Of a stretch of 64,000 nucleotides of DNA, positions 38,921 through 48,124 are shown piece after piece. Made by a program: the position numbers and the translations under genes. A model generated the notes under the pieces. That model ran no database searches. It saw nothing but the letters and a program-made list of their open reading frames with translations, and was not told the DNA's origin. Within the stretch, counting starts at the first letter, position 1. Each line of letters opens with the position of its first letter. Source of the stretch: Tagaea sp. (GTDB lineage Bacteria; Pseudomonadota; Alphaproteobacteria; CACIAM-22H2); assembly GCA_965229215.1 (NCBI GenBank), contig OZ245864.1, forward strand, positions 3,931,346 through 3,995,345, in the 5' to 3' direction.

Positions 38921-40590
38921 GTCGCGGCCGCCTGTTCCTGCTGCGCGCCGCCGGTCGCGTTCGTCAGCAGCCGCTCGGAGATGCGGCGCAGGCCGACGAT
39001 GTTCTCGCTCACCGTCGCGAGGGAGACGCGCACGTCGGCCGAACTCGTGCTGACCGCGTTGATCTCGCGGCTGACGTTCTTGATCTTCGCGGAGACCTCG
39101 CGCGAGGCCTCGGCCGTCTGCGCCACGTTGCGCGCGATCTCCTGCGTGGCGGAACCCTGCTGCTTCATCGCGGCGGCGATGGCGCCGGCCACGCCGTCGA
39201 CTTCGCGGATGCGCTCGCCGATCTCGGCGACGGCCGCGACGGCGGCCTGCGTGGCGTTCAGGATCTCGGCCACGAGGCGGTCGATGTCCTCGGTCGAGCG
39301 GCCGGTCTGGTTGGCGAGGTTCTTCACTTCGGATGCCACGACCGCGAAACCCTTGCCGGCCTCGCCCGCGCGCGCGGATTCGATCGTGGCGTTGAGCGCG
39401 AGCAGGTTCGTGCGCCCGGCGATCTGGCCGATGAGCTTGCTCACATCCGAGATCTTCGCGACCGCGTCCGACAGCGAACGGATCGTCGACTGCGCCTTCT
39501 CGCCGCTGGAGACGGCAAGGCGCGTGACGCCCGAGGCGCGCGCGACCTGCGCGGAAATCTCGCGGATCGAGGCCGAAAGCTGCTCGGCCGCCGAAGAGAC
39601 GGTCTGCACGTTGACGAGGGCGAGTTCGGAGGCGGTGGCCACGGCCTCGCTCTCGGCCAGCACCTCGTCGGCGAGCTTGGTCATGCCCAGCGCCGCGTCG
39701 TCGACCGTGCCGGTGGCGGCGGCGATCGAATCCACGGCGACGGCGGTCTCGCGCACCGTCCGGGCCATCTCGACGGCGCGCAGCTTGCGGCGTTCCTCGG
39801 ATTCGGCCGCCATCTTCGCCGTCTCGGCCCGCAGCCTTTCGTTTTCGACCGCGTTGTCCTTGAAGAAGGAGACGGCGCCGGCCATGTCGCCGACCTCGTC
39901 GGTGCGCCCGCTGCCGGGGATCTCGACGGCGAGGTTGCCCGAGGCGAGCCCGCTCATCGCCGTGGCCATCGCGCGGATCGGCCAGCCGATGTTGCGCGCG
40001 AGCAGGAGCCCGACGACCGCCGCCGCGACGACGGTGAAAAGGGCGACGGCGGAAAGCGCCAGGACGACGTTGTCGGCGATCTTCCCGGCATCCTGCCGGA
40101 AATAGTAGCCCTGTTCCTTCGCCGCCTCGTTGACGATCGTCAGTTTCGTCTCGAGCGACTTCAGCAGCGATTCGCGTTCCTTGAGGAGTTCCGCGGTTTC
40201 GGGATTCGCGAGGATCCGTTCGCGCAGGGCGCTCCACTTCGCCAGCGTCTGCTTGACGTCTTCGATGCGGGCGATGCTTTCGGGATCGTGGGCGCGTTCC
40301 TCGACGATCGCGATATCCTCGAGGATCGCTTCTTCGCGCTTCTTCAGTGTCGCCGGATCGACCTTGCCGCCGTCCCTGCGCTGCTGCAGGGCACGCGTGA
40401 CGGCAAGGTCGAGCCTGGCGAAGTTGGTCATCGCCGAAGCCGCGAAGTCGCTCGCCATCAGCGGGCCGTCATAGAGGCCCTCGGTCAGCGAGGCGATCTG
40501 CCGCAGCCCGAAGACGGCATACGCACCCATCGCCGTCGTCAGCAGCGCGACGACGGTGAGGCAGACGAGGATCTTTCCGCGAATGCGCAT
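38917..40590 (-). CDS. Methyl-accepting chemotaxis protein (557 aa)
   Basis: TM1, periplasmic helical domain, TM2, HAMP and conserved MCP signalling domain ([31 protein letters not shown]). Convergent 4-bp overlap with the last cluster gene. Confidence 0.85.
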   Translation of the reverse strand: MRIRGKILVCLTVVALLTTAMGAYAVFGLRQIASLTEGLYDGPLMASDFAASAMTNFARLDLAVTRALQQRRDGGKVDPATLKKREEAILEDIAIVEERAHDPESIARIEDVKQTLAKWSALRERILANPETAELLKERESLLKSLETKLTIVNEAAKEQGYYFRQDAGKIADNVVLALSAVALFTVVAAAVVGLLLARNIGWPIRAMATAMSGLASGNLAVEIPGSGRTDEVGDMAGAVSFFKDNAVENERLRAETAKMAAESEERRKLRAVEMARTVRETAVAVDSIAAATGTVDDAALGMTKLADEVLAESEAVATASELALVNVQTVSSAAEQLSASIREISAQVARASGVTRLAVSSGEKAQSTIRSLSDAVAKISDVSKLIGQIAGRTNLLALNATIESARAGEAGKGFAVVASEVKNLANQTGRSTEDIDRLVAEILNATQAAVAAVAEIGERIREVDGVAGAIAAAMKQQGSATQEIARNVAQTAEASREVSAKIKNVSREINAVSTSSADVRVSLATVSENIVGLRRISERLLTNATGGAQQEQAAAT

Positions 40591-40623
40591 GGTCGCCGCT
40601 CCGCCCGGTCGGGTCCGGCAGGA

Positions 40624-40944
40624 TTACTTGACGGTAAGCTTCATCTTCATCTGCGGATGGATCGCGCAGCGGACCTCGCCGCTGCCTTCCTTGGCGAAGG
40701 TGATGTCGCTCGACTCGCCCGGCTTCTGCACCTTCAGCTCGAAGGCGATGCCCGGCGACTGGGAATAGACGTTGTGCGTGAACGGGTCCTCGTTCTTGAA
40801 GACGACGACGTCGCCCTTGCTGATCGTCATTTCCTCGACCGCGAACTTCTTGTCGAGCTGGACGACCGTGTTGCTGGCGGCGAACGCGTAGCTGCTGGCG
40901 GCGCCGACGGCGAGCGCGATCGCGGGCAATAGATGGGAACGCAT
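40624..40944 (-). CDS. Type-1 copper cupredoxin (pseudoazurin/amicyanin-like)
   Basis: Signal peptide. Cu ligands His (FTHNV) and C-x2-H-x4-M (CAIHPQMKM). 106 aa. Confidence 0.7.
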   Translation of the reverse strand: MRSHLLPAIALAVGAASSYAFAASNTVVQLDKKFAVEEMTISKGDVVVFKNEDPFTHNVYSQSPGIAFELKVQKPGESSDITFAKEGSGEVRCAIHPQMKMKLTVK

Positions 40945-40989
40945 GTCTTCTGTCTCCTCGGTGTGGGGTTCGTGCGGGGTCCGCCTGCC

Positions 40990-42090
40990 TTACTTCGCCG
41001 CGTGGTCGCGCGGCGGCAGGTGGGGGACGGGATAGGGCGGCATGTCGCTGGTCAGCGTGCGCATGAACTCGACGATGTCGGCGATTTCCGCCGCCGTCAG
41101 GTTGAGCGGGCGCACGTCCGTCGACACGCTTTCGCGCTTGGCGTCGCCGCCGCGGTTGTAATGCTCGACGACCTTGACGAGGTTGGCGACCGAACCGTCG
41201 TGCATGTAGGGATCGGTCCGCTCGATCTCGCGCAGCGTCGGCGTCTTGAAGGCGTGATCCATGCTGGGCAGGTTCAGGATCTTGATGCGCCCGGCGTCGG
41301 CATCGGTCAGGCCGATGTCGTAGAAGCTGTTGTCGGTGAAGTTCCAGCCCGAGTGGCAGGCCGAGCAGTTCGCCTTCGTGTTGAACAGCATGAAGCCGCG
41401 CTTGGCCGGCTCCGAGATCGCTTTCTCGTCGCCCGCGATCCACTTGTCGAAGGGCGCGGTGCCGGAAACGAGGCCGCGCTCGAACACCGCGATCGCCTTG
41501 ACGATCGTCTCGATCTTCAGGCCCTCGCCGGGGAAGGCGGCGTCGAACAGCTTCACGTAGCCGCTGATGCCCTTGAGCTTGTCGACGAGCGGGCCCGGCT
41601 GGTGGTTCATGCCGGTCGGGTTGCCCAGCGGCCCGCGGATATGGCCTTCGAGCTCGACCGTGCGGCCGTCCCAGGCCGTCTGTTCGGTCCAGGCGAGATT
41701 GAGCAGCGTCGGCGCGTGGCGCACGTGCCGCGCGCCGGCGTGGCCGACGCTCTTGTTCAGCCCGTCCGTCCAGGCGAGGCCCGGCAGGTGGCAGCTCGAG
41801 CACGACAGGTCGTCGTTGAGCGAAAGGCGCGGATCGAAGAACAGCTTCTCGCCGAGCTTCGCCTTTTCGGCCGAGTAGGGATTCTCGGGCAGGTAGCGCA
41901 CGCCGGCAGGGCGCACATAGTCCTTCTTGTACTCGGCGATCGTCTTCCACGGCTTCTGCGGGGGCACGGTCTGGCCGATCGCGGTGGCGATGCCGAGCCC
42001 GCCTGCGAGCACGGCGACTGCGATTGCGCCAAGATTTCCGAGCTTCCGGGCGCGGGGGGACGCCATGATTTTTTCGAGCGCGGGTCGCAT
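40990..42090 (-). CDS. Di-haem cytochrome c peroxidase (CCP/MauG family)
   Basis: Two CxxCH motifs (CSSCH, CSACH) and the conserved PTLREI..DPYMHDG. GGAGGA RBS seven nt before the ATG at 42090. An alternative GTG start at 42123 is possible. Confidence 0.85.
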   Translation of the reverse strand: MRPALEKIMASPRARKLGNLGAIAVAVLAGGLGIATAIGQTVPPQKPWKTIAEYKKDYVRPAGVRYLPENPYSAEKAKLGEKLFFDPRLSLNDDLSCSSCHLPGLAWTDGLNKSVGHAGARHVRHAPTLLNLAWTEQTAWDGRTVELEGHIRGPLGNPTGMNHQPGPLVDKLKGISGYVKLFDAAFPGEGLKIETIVKAIAVFERGLVSGTAPFDKWIAGDEKAISEPAKRGFMLFNTKANCSACHSGWNFTDNSFYDIGLTDADAGRIKILNLPSMDHAFKTPTLREIERTDPYMHDGSVANLVKVVEHYNRGGDAKRESVSTDVRPLNLTAAEIADIVEFMRTLTSDMPPYPVPHLPPRDHAAK

Positions 42091-42342
42091 ATGCAAATCC
42101 TCCGGTTCACTTTCGATCCGCACAAAATGAACCGACGCCCGTTAAAAATCCACTAGTAATGAGTGTAAACTACTAGTGTATGCGATCTAAAAACGTATGG
42201 CATTTTCGACGCCGCCGCGCATCGCGCACGCGCGGATTACGGGCGTAGCAAAAGGATGGCGGCACGCCGGTTCCGCCGCCGATCCGCGCGACCGTTCGAC
42301 ATGCTTCAACGCGCCGCCGAAGCACGCTAGTTTGGTGGCGGA

Positions 42343-42690
42343 ATGGCGACTCCGATCTTCCACATGTGCCGACGCGACGAATGGCAGGCGGCCACGGCGA
42401 GCGGAATGTATGCGGGCTCCTCGCAGGACCGCGGCGACGGCTTCATCCATTTCTCGTCCGCGACGCAGATCGTCGCCAGCGCCGCGAAGCACCGCGCCGG
42501 GCAGGACGATCTCGTGCTGATCGAGGTCGTGGCCGAATCGCTGGGCGATTCCCTCAGATGGGAAGCCTCGCGCGGCGGCGCGCTGTTCCCGCATCTCTAT
42601 GGCGGCCTGCCGGTGGCGAAGGTTGTGCGGCACGCGCCCTTGCGTCTCGGGCCCGACGGAAGCCACGTCTTTCCGTGGGGGCTCGCGTGA
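42343..42690 (+). CDS. DUF952 family protein
   Basis: Conserved DUF952 pattern (W....G.Y.GS..D..DGFIHFS...Q.....K.....DL.L..V.....GD.LRWE.SRGG.LFPHLYG.L). Typically precedes pyrD. Confidence 0.7.
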   Translation: MATPIFHMCRRDEWQAATASGMYAGSSQDRGDGFIHFSSATQIVASAAKHRAGQDDLVLIEVVAESLGDSLRWEASRGGALFPHLYGGLPVAKVVRHAPLRLGPDGSHVFPWGLA

Positions 42691-43754
42691 ACTGGTACGA
42701 TCTCGCCTTTCCGCTGATCCGCGCGATCGATCCCGAGGACGCGCACGGCCTCGCGGTCAAGGCGCTGGCCGGCGGCTTCGTGCCCACGCCGGCCCCGGTC
42801 GAGGATCCGAGCCTGCACGTGAAACTGTGGGGGCTCGATTTCCCGAACCCGATCGGCCTTGCCGCGGGCTTCGACAAGGATGCGCAGGTGCCCGACGCGA
42901 TGCTCGCGCAGGGCTTCGGCTTCGTCGAGATCGGCTCGGTCACGCCACGCCCGCAGCCGGGCAACCCGAAGAAGCGCCTGTTCCGTCTGACGGCGGACCA
43001 GGGTGTCATCAACCGGCTGGGCTTCAACAGCCGCGGCCTCGACGTCGCACGCGAGAATCTTGCGGCACGCAAGCGGCGCGGTGTGGTCGGCGTCAATCTC
43101 GGCAAGAACAAGGATACCGAGGACGCCGCCGACGACTACGTGAAAGGCGCTTTGGCGCTCGCCCCGTTCGCCGACTATCTCGTGTGCAACGTCTCCTCGC
43201 CCAACACGCCGGGCCTGCGGGCACTGCAAAGCCGCGAGGCGCTCGACGGCCTCGTGCTGCGCGTGCAGGAAGCGCTCGCCACGCTTGTTGGCGCCCCGCC
43301 GCTCGTCTTCAAGATCGCGCCCGACCTGGTCGATGCCGATCTGGAGGATGTCGTGCGCGTGGCGCTCGACCGCAGGCTCGCGGGCCTGATCGTCGGCAAC
43401 ACGACCCTGTCGCGGCCCGACACGCTCGCCGATCCGCAGAAGGCCGAGACCGGGGGCCTCTCCGGCCGGCCGCTTTTCGATCTTTCCACCCGAATCCTCG
43501 CCAGAACCCGCGCGCTCGCCGGGCGCGATCTGGTGCTGATCGGCACGGGTGGCGTGTTCGACGCGCACGACGCCTACGCCAAGATCCGGGCCGGCGCCTC
43601 GCTCGTGCAGCTCTATTCGGCGCTCGTCTATCGCGGGCCGGGGCTGGCCGCCCGCATCTGCCGCGAACTGCCCGCCCTGCTGCGCGCCGACGGCTTCGCC
43701 ACGGTGGCCGATGCGGTCGGCACCGCAACCTCGTTGACCGACGCGCGCGGATAG
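42687..43754 (+). CDS. pyrD: Dihydroorotate dehydrogenase (quinone), class 2
   Basis: GTG start overlapping the DUF952 stop (GTGA). Conserved PIGLAAGFDK, NVSSPNTPGLR and GTGGV motifs. 355 aa. Confidence 0.9.
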   Translation: MNWYDLAFPLIRAIDPEDAHGLAVKALAGGFVPTPAPVEDPSLHVKLWGLDFPNPIGLAAGFDKDAQVPDAMLAQGFGFVEIGSVTPRPQPGNPKKRLFRLTADQGVINRLGFNSRGLDVARENLAARKRRGVVGVNLGKNKDTEDAADDYVKGALALAPFADYLVCNVSSPNTPGLRALQSREALDGLVLRVQEALATLVGAPPLVFKIAPDLVDADLEDVVRVALDRRLAGLIVGNTTLSRPDTLADPQKAETGGLSGRPLFDLSTRILARTRALAGRDLVLIGTGGVFDAHDAYAKIRAGASLVQLYSALVYRGPGLAARICRELPALLRADGFATVADAVGTATSLTDARG

Positions 43755-43771
43755 GGGCATACCGGACCTCG

Positions 43772-44893
43772 ATGTCGCCCATCTCCCTGATCCTTCCCGC
43801 CGTTGCCTATGTCGTCGCCGGCGCCGCTGTCGGCCTGACGGCGGGCGTGCCGCTCGGCCTCACGGTCTTCGCGGTCGGCGCGGCCGTGCACGCGATCGTC
43901 GTCGCGGCCCAGCTCGCCAACCGGGTCGAGAACGCCGTACGCGCGCAGGCGCAGATCCGCCGCGAGCTGGCGTCGGCGCGCGAGGAGGCGCGCGGCATCC
44001 TCGAGGCGATCGAGAACGCCGCCCGCACGCGCCCCGATCTCGGCCACGTGATGGGCGAGGTGAAGGTGCTGCAGGGGCTGGTCGAGAAGCTGTCGGGCCA
44101 GCCCGTGCCGAAATCCGGCGCCGGGCCGGTGCGCCCCGATCCTTCCTACGGCGACGAACAGGTGCTCGACATCGTGCGCGACGCGCTGCGCGAGAACCGG
44201 GTCGAGCTCTATGTGCAGCCGATCGTCGATCTGCCGCAGCGCCGCCGCCGCCATTTCGAATGCTTCAGCCGCATGCGCGCGCCCGAAGGCCACATCATCG
44301 GCCCCGAGCGCTATCTGGCGCTCGCCGAGCGCTACGGTCTCGTCGCCGCGATCGACAACATGCTGCTGTTCCGCTGCGTGCAGCTCGTGCGCCGCATGCA
44401 GCGCACGAACGCGGGTGCGGGCATCTTCGTCAACATCTCCGAGCACACGCTCGCCGACACGCGCTTCTTCGCCGAGTTCGTCACGTTCATGGCGCAGAAT
44501 TCCGACCTGTCGCAGAACCTCGTCTTCGAGCTGGCCGAGGGCCACACGCGCCGCCTGACGGAAATCCAGTGGGCCGAGCTCGACCGGCTGGGCAGCCTCG
44601 GCTTCCGTTTCTCGATGGACCAGGTCGGCGACCTGCGCTTCGATCCCGCGGCGCTGGCCAAGCGCAATTTCCGCTTCGTGAAGGTCGATGCCAAGAAGAT
44701 CGTCGAATACGCCAACGGCGCTTCGGGCGCCGACTTCCTGCGCCTGCGCACGCAGATGATGGACCGGCACGTCGCGCTCGTGGTCGAGAAGATCGAGAGC
44801 GAGGCCGAACTCGTCGAGGTGCTCGACCTCGACGCCGATTACGGGCAGGGCTTCCTGTTCGGCGAACCGAAACCGCTCAAAGAAGAAAAATGA
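43772..44893 (+). CDS. Membrane-anchored EAL-domain protein (c-di-GMP phosphodiesterase-like; signature reads FEC instead of EAL)
   Basis: Two N-terminal TM helices, a coiled coil, then an EAL fold (YVQPIVDL...N..E..........E.AE....D......KVD...E.IE....QG). 373 aa. Confidence 0.8.
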   Translation: MSPISLILPAVAYVVAGAAVGLTAGVPLGLTVFAVGAAVHAIVVAAQLANRVENAVRAQAQIRRELASAREEARGILEAIENAARTRPDLGHVMGEVKVLQGLVEKLSGQPVPKSGAGPVRPDPSYGDEQVLDIVRDALRENRVELYVQPIVDLPQRRRRHFECFSRMRAPEGHIIGPERYLALAERYGLVAAIDNMLLFRCVQLVRRMQRTNAGAGIFVNISEHTLADTRFFAEFVTFMAQNSDLSQNLVFELAEGHTRRLTEIQWAELDRLGSLGFRFSMDQVGDLRFDPAALAKRNFRFVKVDAKKIVEYANGASGADFLRLRTQMMDRHVALVVEKIESEAELVEVLDLDADYGQGFLFGEPKPLKEEK

Positions 44894-45750
44894 CCCGTCC
44901 ACTCGAAGGTCTTGCGGCGGTCGCCGACCGCTACGACGTGTTCCTGCTCGACATGTGGGGCTGCATCCACGACGGGTACCGCGTGTTTCCCGGCGTGCAC
45001 GACCTCACCAAGCGCCTGCGCGCGATGGGCAAGCGCACGGTCGTGCTGTCCAACGCGCCGCGTCTGGTCCCCATCCTGATCCGCCAGATGCCGAATTTCG
45101 GCATCCCGGCCGATGCGTTCGACGGCATCGTCACGTCGGGCGAGGCCGCCTGGCAGGCGCTGATCGCCGACGAGCACAAGCTCGGCAAGCGCTTCCTGCA
45201 TGTGGGCATGGAAGCCAACATCGTCGATCCGGCGACGATCGGCTATTCGATGGTCGACGACGTATCGGACGCCGATTTCGTCTTCGCGACGGGTGCGGCG
45301 GGCGACGGCACGCTCGATCTCGACGCGCTGGCCCCGGTGATCGCCGCGGCGAAGAAGCGCGACCTGACGATGGTCTGCGCCAATCCCGATCTGGAAGTGA
45401 TGCGCGGCGAGACGCGCCTGCTGTGCGCAGGGACGCTCGCCCAGCGCTACGAGCAGATCGGCGGGCGCACGATCTATCACGGCAAGCCGCATCGCGGCGT
45501 GTACGAGCTGGCGCTGAAGATCGCGGGCAACCCCGACCGCAGCCGCGTGCTCGGCATCGGCGACGCGATGCGCACTGACGTCGCGGGCGCGCGCGGGGCA
45601 GGAATCGACCAGGCTTTCATCCCCGGCGGCATCCACGGCGAGGCGCTGAAATCGCCGATGGGTTCGCTGCCGGACACGGCGGCGATGGAGGTCCTTTCGG
45701 CCCAGTTCGGTTTCGCGCCGACCTACGCTTTGGCCGAATTGCGCTGGTAA
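44890..45750 (+). CDS. HAD-superfamily hydrolase (subfamily IIA-like)
   Basis: N-terminal DxD-type motif (FLLDMWG), S/T motif (VLSNAP) and C-terminal K...GDxxxTD (GIGDAMRTD). ATGA overlap with the EAL gene. Confidence 0.75.
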   Translation: MTRPLEGLAAVADRYDVFLLDMWGCIHDGYRVFPGVHDLTKRLRAMGKRTVVLSNAPRLVPILIRQMPNFGIPADAFDGIVTSGEAAWQALIADEHKLGKRFLHVGMEANIVDPATIGYSMVDDVSDADFVFATGAAGDGTLDLDALAPVIAAAKKRDLTMVCANPDLEVMRGETRLLCAGTLAQRYEQIGGRTIYHGKPHRGVYELALKIAGNPDRSRVLGIGDAMRTDVAGARGAGIDQAFIPGGIHGEALKSPMGSLPDTAAMEVLSAQFGFAPTYALAELRW

Positions 45751-45930
45751 TTTCCGAGTCGCGCGAATCAGGGGGCCGGGGGCGACGAGGCGGAGTTTTC
45801 CGCAGCCCTGTGGACAAGCGACTCTCCGTCCATTGAATCAATCTCTTGCCGGCCGAATCGCAGGCGGGCGGATTCGCGCGCCTATCAGCGCGCGTCCCGC
45901 ATCGTTACATTTGCAAGGCAGGAGAAGGAC

Positions 45931-48081
45931 ATGGCGGACTTTACCAAGCCGAATCTGGCGGACTGGGAGAAACTCGCGCGCGCCGAGCTGAAGGGTGCGG
46001 CATCGGAGAGCCTTGCCTGGACGAGCCCCGAGGGAATCGTCGTCAAGCCGCTCTATACCGAGGCCGATCTTGCCGGGCTCGAACATGTCGGCGGCATGCC
46101 GGGCATCGCACCCTATGTACGCGGGCCCCGCGCCACCATGTACGCCAACCGGCCCTGGACGATCCGGCAATATGCCGGCTTCTCGACGGCCGAGGAATCG
46201 AACGCGTTCTACCGCAAGGCGCTCGCTGGCGGGCAGGCGGGGCTTTCGGTCGCCTTCGATCTCGCCACGCATCGCGGCTACGACAGCGACCATCCGCGCG
46301 TCACGGGCGACGTGGGCAAGGCGGGCGTTGCGATCGATTCCGTCGAGGACATGAAGATCCTGTTCGACGGCATCCCGCTCGAGAAGATGTCGGTCTCGAT
46401 GACCATGAATGGCGCGGTGCTGCCCGTGCTCGCGGCCTTCATCGTCGCGGGCGAGGAGCAGGGCGCCACGCAGGCGCAGCTTTCCGGGACCATCCAGAAC
46501 GACATCCTCAAGGAGTTCATGGTCCGCAACACCTACATCTATCCGCCCGCGCCCAGCATGCGCATCGTGGCCGACATCATCGCGCACACGGCCGCGCACA
46601 TGCCGAAATTCAATTCGATCTCGATCAGCGGCTATCACATGCAGGAAGCGGGGGCGACCTGCGTGCAGGAACTCGCCTTCACGCTCGCGGACGGTCTCGA
46701 ATACGTCCGGGCCGCGCTGTCGAAGGGCCTCGACGTCGATGCTTTCGCGCCGCGCCTGTCGTTCTTCTTCGCCATCGGCATGAATTTCTTCATGGAGATC
46801 GCCAAGCTGCGCGCCGCGCGCTTCCTGTGGGCGCGCGCGATGAAGAAGCTCGAGCCGAAGAAGGCCGACAGCCTCGCGCTGCGCACGCACTGCCAGACCT
46901 CGGGCGTCTCGCTGACCGAGCAGGACCCCTACAACAACATCGTGCGCACCGCGTTCGAGGCGATGGCGGCTGCACTCGGCGGCACGCAGTCGCTGCACAC
47001 CAACTCGTTCGACGAGGCGCTGGCGCTGCCCACGCCCTTCTCCTCGCGCATCGCGCGCAATACGCAGCTCATCCTGCAGGAGGAGACGGGGATCTCCCGC
47101 GTCGTCGATCCGCTGGCCGGCAGCTATTATGTCGAGCACCTGACCGCCTCGATGATCGCCGAAGCCCAGAAGCTGATCGACGAGGTTGAGGCGCTGGGCG
47201 GCATGACCAAGGCGGTCGAGAGCGGCATGCCCAAGCTGCGCATCGAGGAGGCTGCCGCGCGCCGGCAGGCGCGCATCGACCGCGGCGAGGAGACCGTCGT
47301 CGGCGTCAACAAGTACCGCCCCGCCGAAACCGAGCAGATCGACATTCTCGACGTCGACAACGCGGCCGTGCGCGAAAGCCAGATCGCGCGCCTGAAGAGG
47401 GTCCGCGCGTCGCGCGACGCGAAGAAGGTCGCCGGCACGCTCGAGGCCCTCACCAAGGCCGCCGCATCGGGCGAAGGCAACCTGCTGACGCTCGCCATCG
47501 AGGCGATGCGCGCGCGCGCGACGGTGGGCGAGGTCTCCGACGCGCTGGAGAAGGTCTATACGCGCCACCGCGCGACGATCCGCTCGGTCACCGGCATCTA
47601 CGGCTCGGCCTATGACGGGGATGCCGGCTTCGCGCGCATCAAGGAGGATGTCGCCGCCTTCGCCAAGACCGAAGGCCGCCGCCCGCGCATGCTGGTGGTG
47701 AAGCTCGGCCAGGACGGGCACGACCGGGGGGCCAAGGTGATCGCGACGGCGTTCGCCGACATCGGCTTCGACGTCGATGTGGGCCCGCTCTTCCAGACGC
47801 CGGAAGAAGCCGCGCGCCAGGCGATCGAGAACGACGTGCATGTCATCGGCGTGTCCTCGCAGGCCGCCGGCCACAAGACGCTGGTGCCCGCCCTGATCGC
47901 GGCGCTGAAGGCCGCGAAGGCGGACGACATCCTCATCGTGTGCGGCGGGGTGATCCCGCCGCAGGACTATCAGGGGCTGATCGAGGGCGGCGTCGCCGCC
48001 ATCTACGGCCCCGGAACGAATATCCCGCACGCCGCGGCCGAGATTCTCGGCCTCATCCGGCGCCAGCGCAAAGCCGCTTAA
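45931..48081 (+). CDS. Methylmalonyl-CoA mutase (single large subunit type, B12-dependent)
   Basis: 716 aa. Conserved mutase TIM-barrel motifs and a C-terminal B12-binding DxHxxG (DGHDRGAKV). Confidence 0.92.
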   Translation: MADFTKPNLADWEKLARAELKGAASESLAWTSPEGIVVKPLYTEADLAGLEHVGGMPGIAPYVRGPRATMYANRPWTIRQYAGFSTAEESNAFYRKALAGGQAGLSVAFDLATHRGYDSDHPRVTGDVGKAGVAIDSVEDMKILFDGIPLEKMSVSMTMNGAVLPVLAAFIVAGEEQGATQAQLSGTIQNDILKEFMVRNTYIYPPAPSMRIVADIIAHTAAHMPKFNSISISGYHMQEAGATCVQELAFTLADGLEYVRAALSKGLDVDAFAPRLSFFFAIGMNFFMEIAKLRAARFLWARAMKKLEPKKADSLALRTHCQTSGVSLTEQDPYNNIVRTAFEAMAAALGGTQSLHTNSFDEALALPTPFSSRIARNTQLILQEETGISRVVDPLAGSYYVEHLTASMIAEAQKLIDEVEALGGMTKAVESGMPKLRIEEAAARRQARIDRGEETVVGVNKYRPAETEQIDILDVDNAAVRESQIARLKRVRASRDAKKVAGTLEALTKAAASGEGNLLTLAIEAMRARATVGEVSDALEKVYTRHRATIRSVTGIYGSAYDGDAGFARIKEDVAAFAKTEGRRPRMLVVKLGQDGHDRGAKVIATAFADIGFDVDVGPLFQTPEEAARQAIENDVHVIGVSSQAAGHKTLVPALIAALKAAKADDILIVCGGVIPPQDYQGLIEGGVAAIYGPGTNIPHAAAEILGLIRRQRKAA

Positions 48082-48124
48082 AGACTCCAACCGACGACGC
48101 CCCCGGGCAGAAGCGAACCGCAAC

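Noticed and set aside
38683-40932. 749-aa plus-strand ORF antisense to the second MCP
   Set aside because: Antisense artefact. The minus strand encodes a canonical MCP.
45751-45930. Possible cobalamin riboswitch upstream of methylmalonyl-CoA mutase
   Set aside because: No B12-box (GCCACTG-like) or conserved riboswitch core was seen in the 180-bp leader.
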